In this document: piece by piece, positions 60,501 to 64,000 of the stretch | How the letters are laid out: each line of letters opens with the position of its first letter | How positions within the stretch are numbered: position 1 is the first letter of the stretch | From: Hypanus sabinus | Lineage: Eukaryota | DNA: 64,000 bases | Assembly: GCF_030144855.1 (NCBI RefSeq) | Contig: NC_082731.1 | Location: forward strand, 18,724,001 to 18,788,000 | Direction of reading: 5' to 3' | Notes under the pieces: model-generated | What the model was told of the DNA's origin: nothing | What the model saw: the letters and a program-made list of their open reading frames with translations, nothing else | Database searches by the model: none | Position numbers and translations under genes: made by a program

Positions 60501-62308
60501 AGGCATTCTATGCATATGTGAAGAATAGAAGAATGACAGGAACGATAAAGGATAAAGAAGGCAACATGCCTGGAGGCGGAGGAGGTCAGGGAGATCCCAA
60601 AGGAATACTTTGCTTCAGAATTCACAAGTGAAATGGAACTTGATCAGGGTGAGGTCAAATTAGAACAGGCCTGTGTGCTGGACAATGTGGAGATTAAGGA
60701 AGAAGTGTTGGATCTTCTCAAAAACATCAAGATTGATAAGTCCCCAGGGCCGGATGTGATATACTCCAGGTTGCTGTGTGAAGTGAGAGGAGAGATCACT
60801 GGAACAGTAGCTATGATCTTTGAATTCTTTTTGGCTGCAGGGGAGGTGCTGGAGGATTGGAGATTGGCAAATGTAGTTCCCTTGTTTAAAAAAGGTAATA
60901 GGGAGAATCTTGGGAACTATGGACCAGTGAGTCTTACGTTGGTGGTCTGCAAACTATTGGAAAGGATTCTTAAGGATAGGATCTCCTAGCATTTGGAGGA
61001 GTACAGTCTGCTCAAGGATAGTCAACATGGCTTTGAAGGGAAGGTCGTGCCTCACGAGCCTGATTGAGTTTTATGAAGAAGTAGCAAAATAAATTGATGA
61101 GGGTAGGGTGGTAGATGTGGTCTGCATGGACTTTAGCAAAGCATTTGACAAGGTCCCCCACGAGAGACTCATCCAGAAACTCATGAGGCATGGGATTAGT
61201 AGAACCTTGGCTGTTTGGATAAAAAATTGGCTGACAGGAAGAAAGCAGAGGGTAGTAGTGGAAGGAAAGTATTCTGCCTGGAGGTCAGTGACTAGTGGAG
61301 CGAGGCAAGGATCTGTCCTGGGACCCCTGCTCTTCGTGATTTTTATAAATGACCTGTACGAAGAGGCGGTAGGATGGGTGAGAAAGTTTGTGGATGGCAC
61401 AAAGGTTGGAGTGTTTGTGGATGGAGCTGTAGGTTGTTGAAGGTAACAAGAGGATATAGACAGGATGCACAGCTGGGCAGAAAAGTGGCAGGTGGAGTTC
61501 AATCCGGGTAAGTGTGAGGTGATGCATTTTGGAAGAACAAACCAGAAGACTGAGTACAGGGTTAATGGTCAGTTAGTTAAGAGTGTAGATGAACAAAGGG
61601 ACCTTGGGGTTTAAATCCATACATCCCTCAAGATCACTGCACAGGTTGATAGGGTAGTTAAGAAGGCCTATGGGATGCTAGGCTTCATTAACAGGGGGAT
61701 TGAGTTCAAGAGTAGAGAGGTCATGTTTCAGCTCTACAAATCTCTGGTGAGACCGCACTTAGAGTATTGTGTTCAATTCTGGTCACCTCATTATAGGAAG
61801 GATGTGGAAGTTATGGAGAGGGTGCAGAGGAGATTTACCAGGATGTTGCCTGGATTGGAAAACAAGTCTTATGAGGCAAGGTTAGCAGAGCTGGGAGTTT
61901 TCTCTTTGGAGCGTAGAAGGATGAGAGGGGTCTTGCTAGGGGTCCGCAAGATTAAGAGAGGTGTAGATAGGGTGAACAGCCAGCACCTGTTTCCCAGGGC
62001 ACGAATAGCAAACTCAAGAGGGCATATGTACAAAGCTAAGGGAGGGAAGTTTAGGGGAGACATCGAGGGTAAGTTTTTTTTTTACACAGAGGGTTGTGAG
62101 TGCCTGGAATGACTTGCTAGGGGTGGTGGTGGAGGCTAAAACATTAGGGGTATTTAAGAGCCACGTGGACAGGCACATGGATGAAAGAAAAATAGAGGAT
62201 TATGGGGTAGTGTGGGTTTAGTACTTTATTTTTAAGGAATATATGGATCGACACAACATCGAGAGCTGAAGGGCCTGTACTGTGCTGTTGTATTCTAGTG
62301 TTCTACAT
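57600..62308 (+). mobile_element. Near full-length, inactivated CR1 LINE (5'UTR, ORF1 zinc finger and SGNH esterase, ORF2 APE and RT, 3'UTR)
   Basis: CSNC..CKRC; VVVHVGTKDI; VVAITETW..MGDFNFP..SDHN; MDFSKAFDKVPH..QGSVLGPLLF..KFVD; VRPHLEYCVQFWSP; frameshifts, stops and a 66-bp internal duplication at ~60381/60447. Confidence 0.93.
57987..58462 (+). mobile_element. CR1 3' fragment nested in ORF1 of the long CR1
   Basis: RFTRMLPG..SLERRRLRGDLIEVFKI and (gttatatg)n tail, splitting LQFLSNR from ELELELDEL. Confidence 0.88.
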
Positions 62309-62943
62309 TCACCTCTCCACAGCAGTACGGGCTCCCAGGCAGGTATCGGGGGTGGGGGTGGGGGTGGGGGTGGGGGGCACACGGAGGAAGTCCGATTCAG
62401 GTAGGATGCAGAGAGGTGATCACATTCAGGAGAAAGCCAGATGGCCGGGGATTTTTACTAGCGGCAGCGTTTGAGGTGGCAAACGTTAAGAGAAATTTCG
62501 ACAGGGGAAGGACTAGGAGGGTAATGGGCCAAACACAGGCAACAGGATTCCACGGTCAGCATGGACCAGTTGGGCCGAGTGGCCTGTTTCCATGCTCTGT
62601 GGCTTCACCACAGGTGTACTGATGGACAGAGGGACCTCAGGATCTGAGTCCTCAGTCCCTGAAAGTGGTGATGCCCAGTTTATTATTGTCACATGTACCA
62701 AGATTCTGTGAAAAGTTTGCCTTGAAAACTGTTGGTGCAGATCAGATGAATACGCTGTGCACTGGGGGAGAGCCAGGTAAAAGAACTGCACTTATTTCCT
62801 CTCTTCCCCCCCCCCTCCTTTCCCTGTCTCCCCCCAGTCCATCCCCCTTCTTCACTCTCCCTCTCTCTCCATCCCAATCCCCTCTTCCTCCCTCCCCCGC
62901 TCCCAGTCTCCCCTTTCCCGTAACCCTGGGAATCTCCCCTCAC

Positions 62944-63202
62944 CCTGGCGATGACGCTGTTCCGGGAATCTCAGACTGATTTGGCAAGTCCCAGACAGCG
63001 AGAGAGTTCGCTGTGTTAACAGTTGTTTACCTCCGCTTTGCTGCGCGATTCCAGCTCTCCGCTCCGCAGTTTGTCCGCACGGTTCACGGTAGAATTCTCC
63101 GCCTCTCCCCGCCGGGTCGAGTCCCTCACCCGCTGTCACGGCAGAGAGCGTCTCTGAACTCGGGCACAGAAAAATCAGCGACACTGCCTGATTCCAGCCG
63201 CT
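62944..63202 (-). promoter_or_regulatory. CpG-rich candidate promoter and non-coding first exon of VWA5A
   Basis: Unique CpG-rich segment with minus-strand donors AGG|gtgagg (62942-43) and CGG|gtgagg (63128-29); the ATG exon needs an upstream exon. Confidence 0.45.
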
Positions 63203-64000
63203 GGCGCGTCCAGGTCAGCTGTTCACGAGGCGGAGTCGGGCGCGTCCAGGTCAGCTGTTCACGAGGCGGAGTCGGGCGCGTCCAGGTCAGCTGTTCACGA
63301 GGCGGAGTCGGGCGCGTCCAGGTCAGCCGTTCACGAGGCGGAGTCGGGCGCGTCCAGGTCAGCTGTTCACGAGGCGGAGTCGGGCGCGTCCAGGTCAGCC
63401 GTTCACGAGGCGGAGTCGGGCGCGTCCAGGTCAGCCGTTCACGAGGCGGAGTCGGGCGCGTCCAGGTCAGCCGTTCACGAGGCGGAGTCGGGCGCGTCCA
63501 GGTCAGCCGTTCACGGGGCGGAGTCGTGCGCGTCCAGGTCAGCCGTTCACGAGGCGGAGTCGTGCGCGTCCAGGTCAGCCGTTCACGAGGCGGAGTCGGG
63601 CGCGTCCAGGTCAGCTGTTCACGGGGCGGAGTCGTGCGCGTCCAGGTCAGCCGTTCACGGGGCGGAGTCGTGCGCGTCCAGGTCAGCCGTTCACGAGGCG
63701 GAGTCGTGCGCGTCCAGGTCAGCTGTTCACGAGGCGGAGTCGGGCGCGTCCAGGTCAGCTGTTCACGGGGCGGAGTCGTGCGCGTCCAGGTCAGCCGTTC
63801 ACGAGGCGGAGTCGTGCGCGTCCAGGTCAGCTGTTCACGAGGCGGAGTCGGGCGCGTCCAGGTCAGCCGTTCACGAGGCGGAGTCGGGCGCGTCCAGGTC
63901 AGCCGTTCACGGGGCGGAGTCGTGCGCGTCCAGGTCAGCTGTTCACGAGGCGGAGTCGGGCGCGTCCAGGTCAGCTGTTCACGAGGCGGAGTCGGGCGCG
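63203..64000. repeat. 36-bp CpG-rich minisatellite (ggcgcgtccaggtcagctgttcacgaggcggagtcg) running off the window
   Basis: At least 22 copies; each has a GC box G(A/G)GGCGGAGT and AGGTCA. Confidence 0.95.

Overview
Eukaryotic, repeat-rich vertebrate DNA. The repeat content (CR1, Rex1/Babar and Tx1 LINEs, Penelope-derived elements, Tc1) suggests a cartilaginous fish such as a ray; this is inference. The window holds one protein-coding gene on the minus strand, a VWA5A (BCSC-1/LOH11CR2A)-like gene with VIT and VWA/MIDAS domains. I rebuilt it by hand as 16 core coding exons from ATG 55395 to TGA 14395, all with GT-AG splice sites and consistent phases (2190 nt, 729 aa). The main unexpected feature lies between core exons 13 and 14: an array of tandemly duplicated, alternating A- and B-type micro-exons (48 or 60 nt, all symmetric phase 1). 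Five have intact splice sites and four are damaged; they encode the variable Pro-rich linker. A second, independent 155-bp tandem duplication copies the 3' end and donor of exon 14. The introns and flanks hold many minisatellites (23-80 bp units, one about 8 kb long), nested retroelements, a Penelope element with a hammerhead ribozyme motif, an ERV integrase relic and an IR/DR-type Tc1. A GC-box VNTR sits at the putative promoter. Most long ORFs in the supplied track are repeat artefacts. An assembly gap covers 18582-19276.
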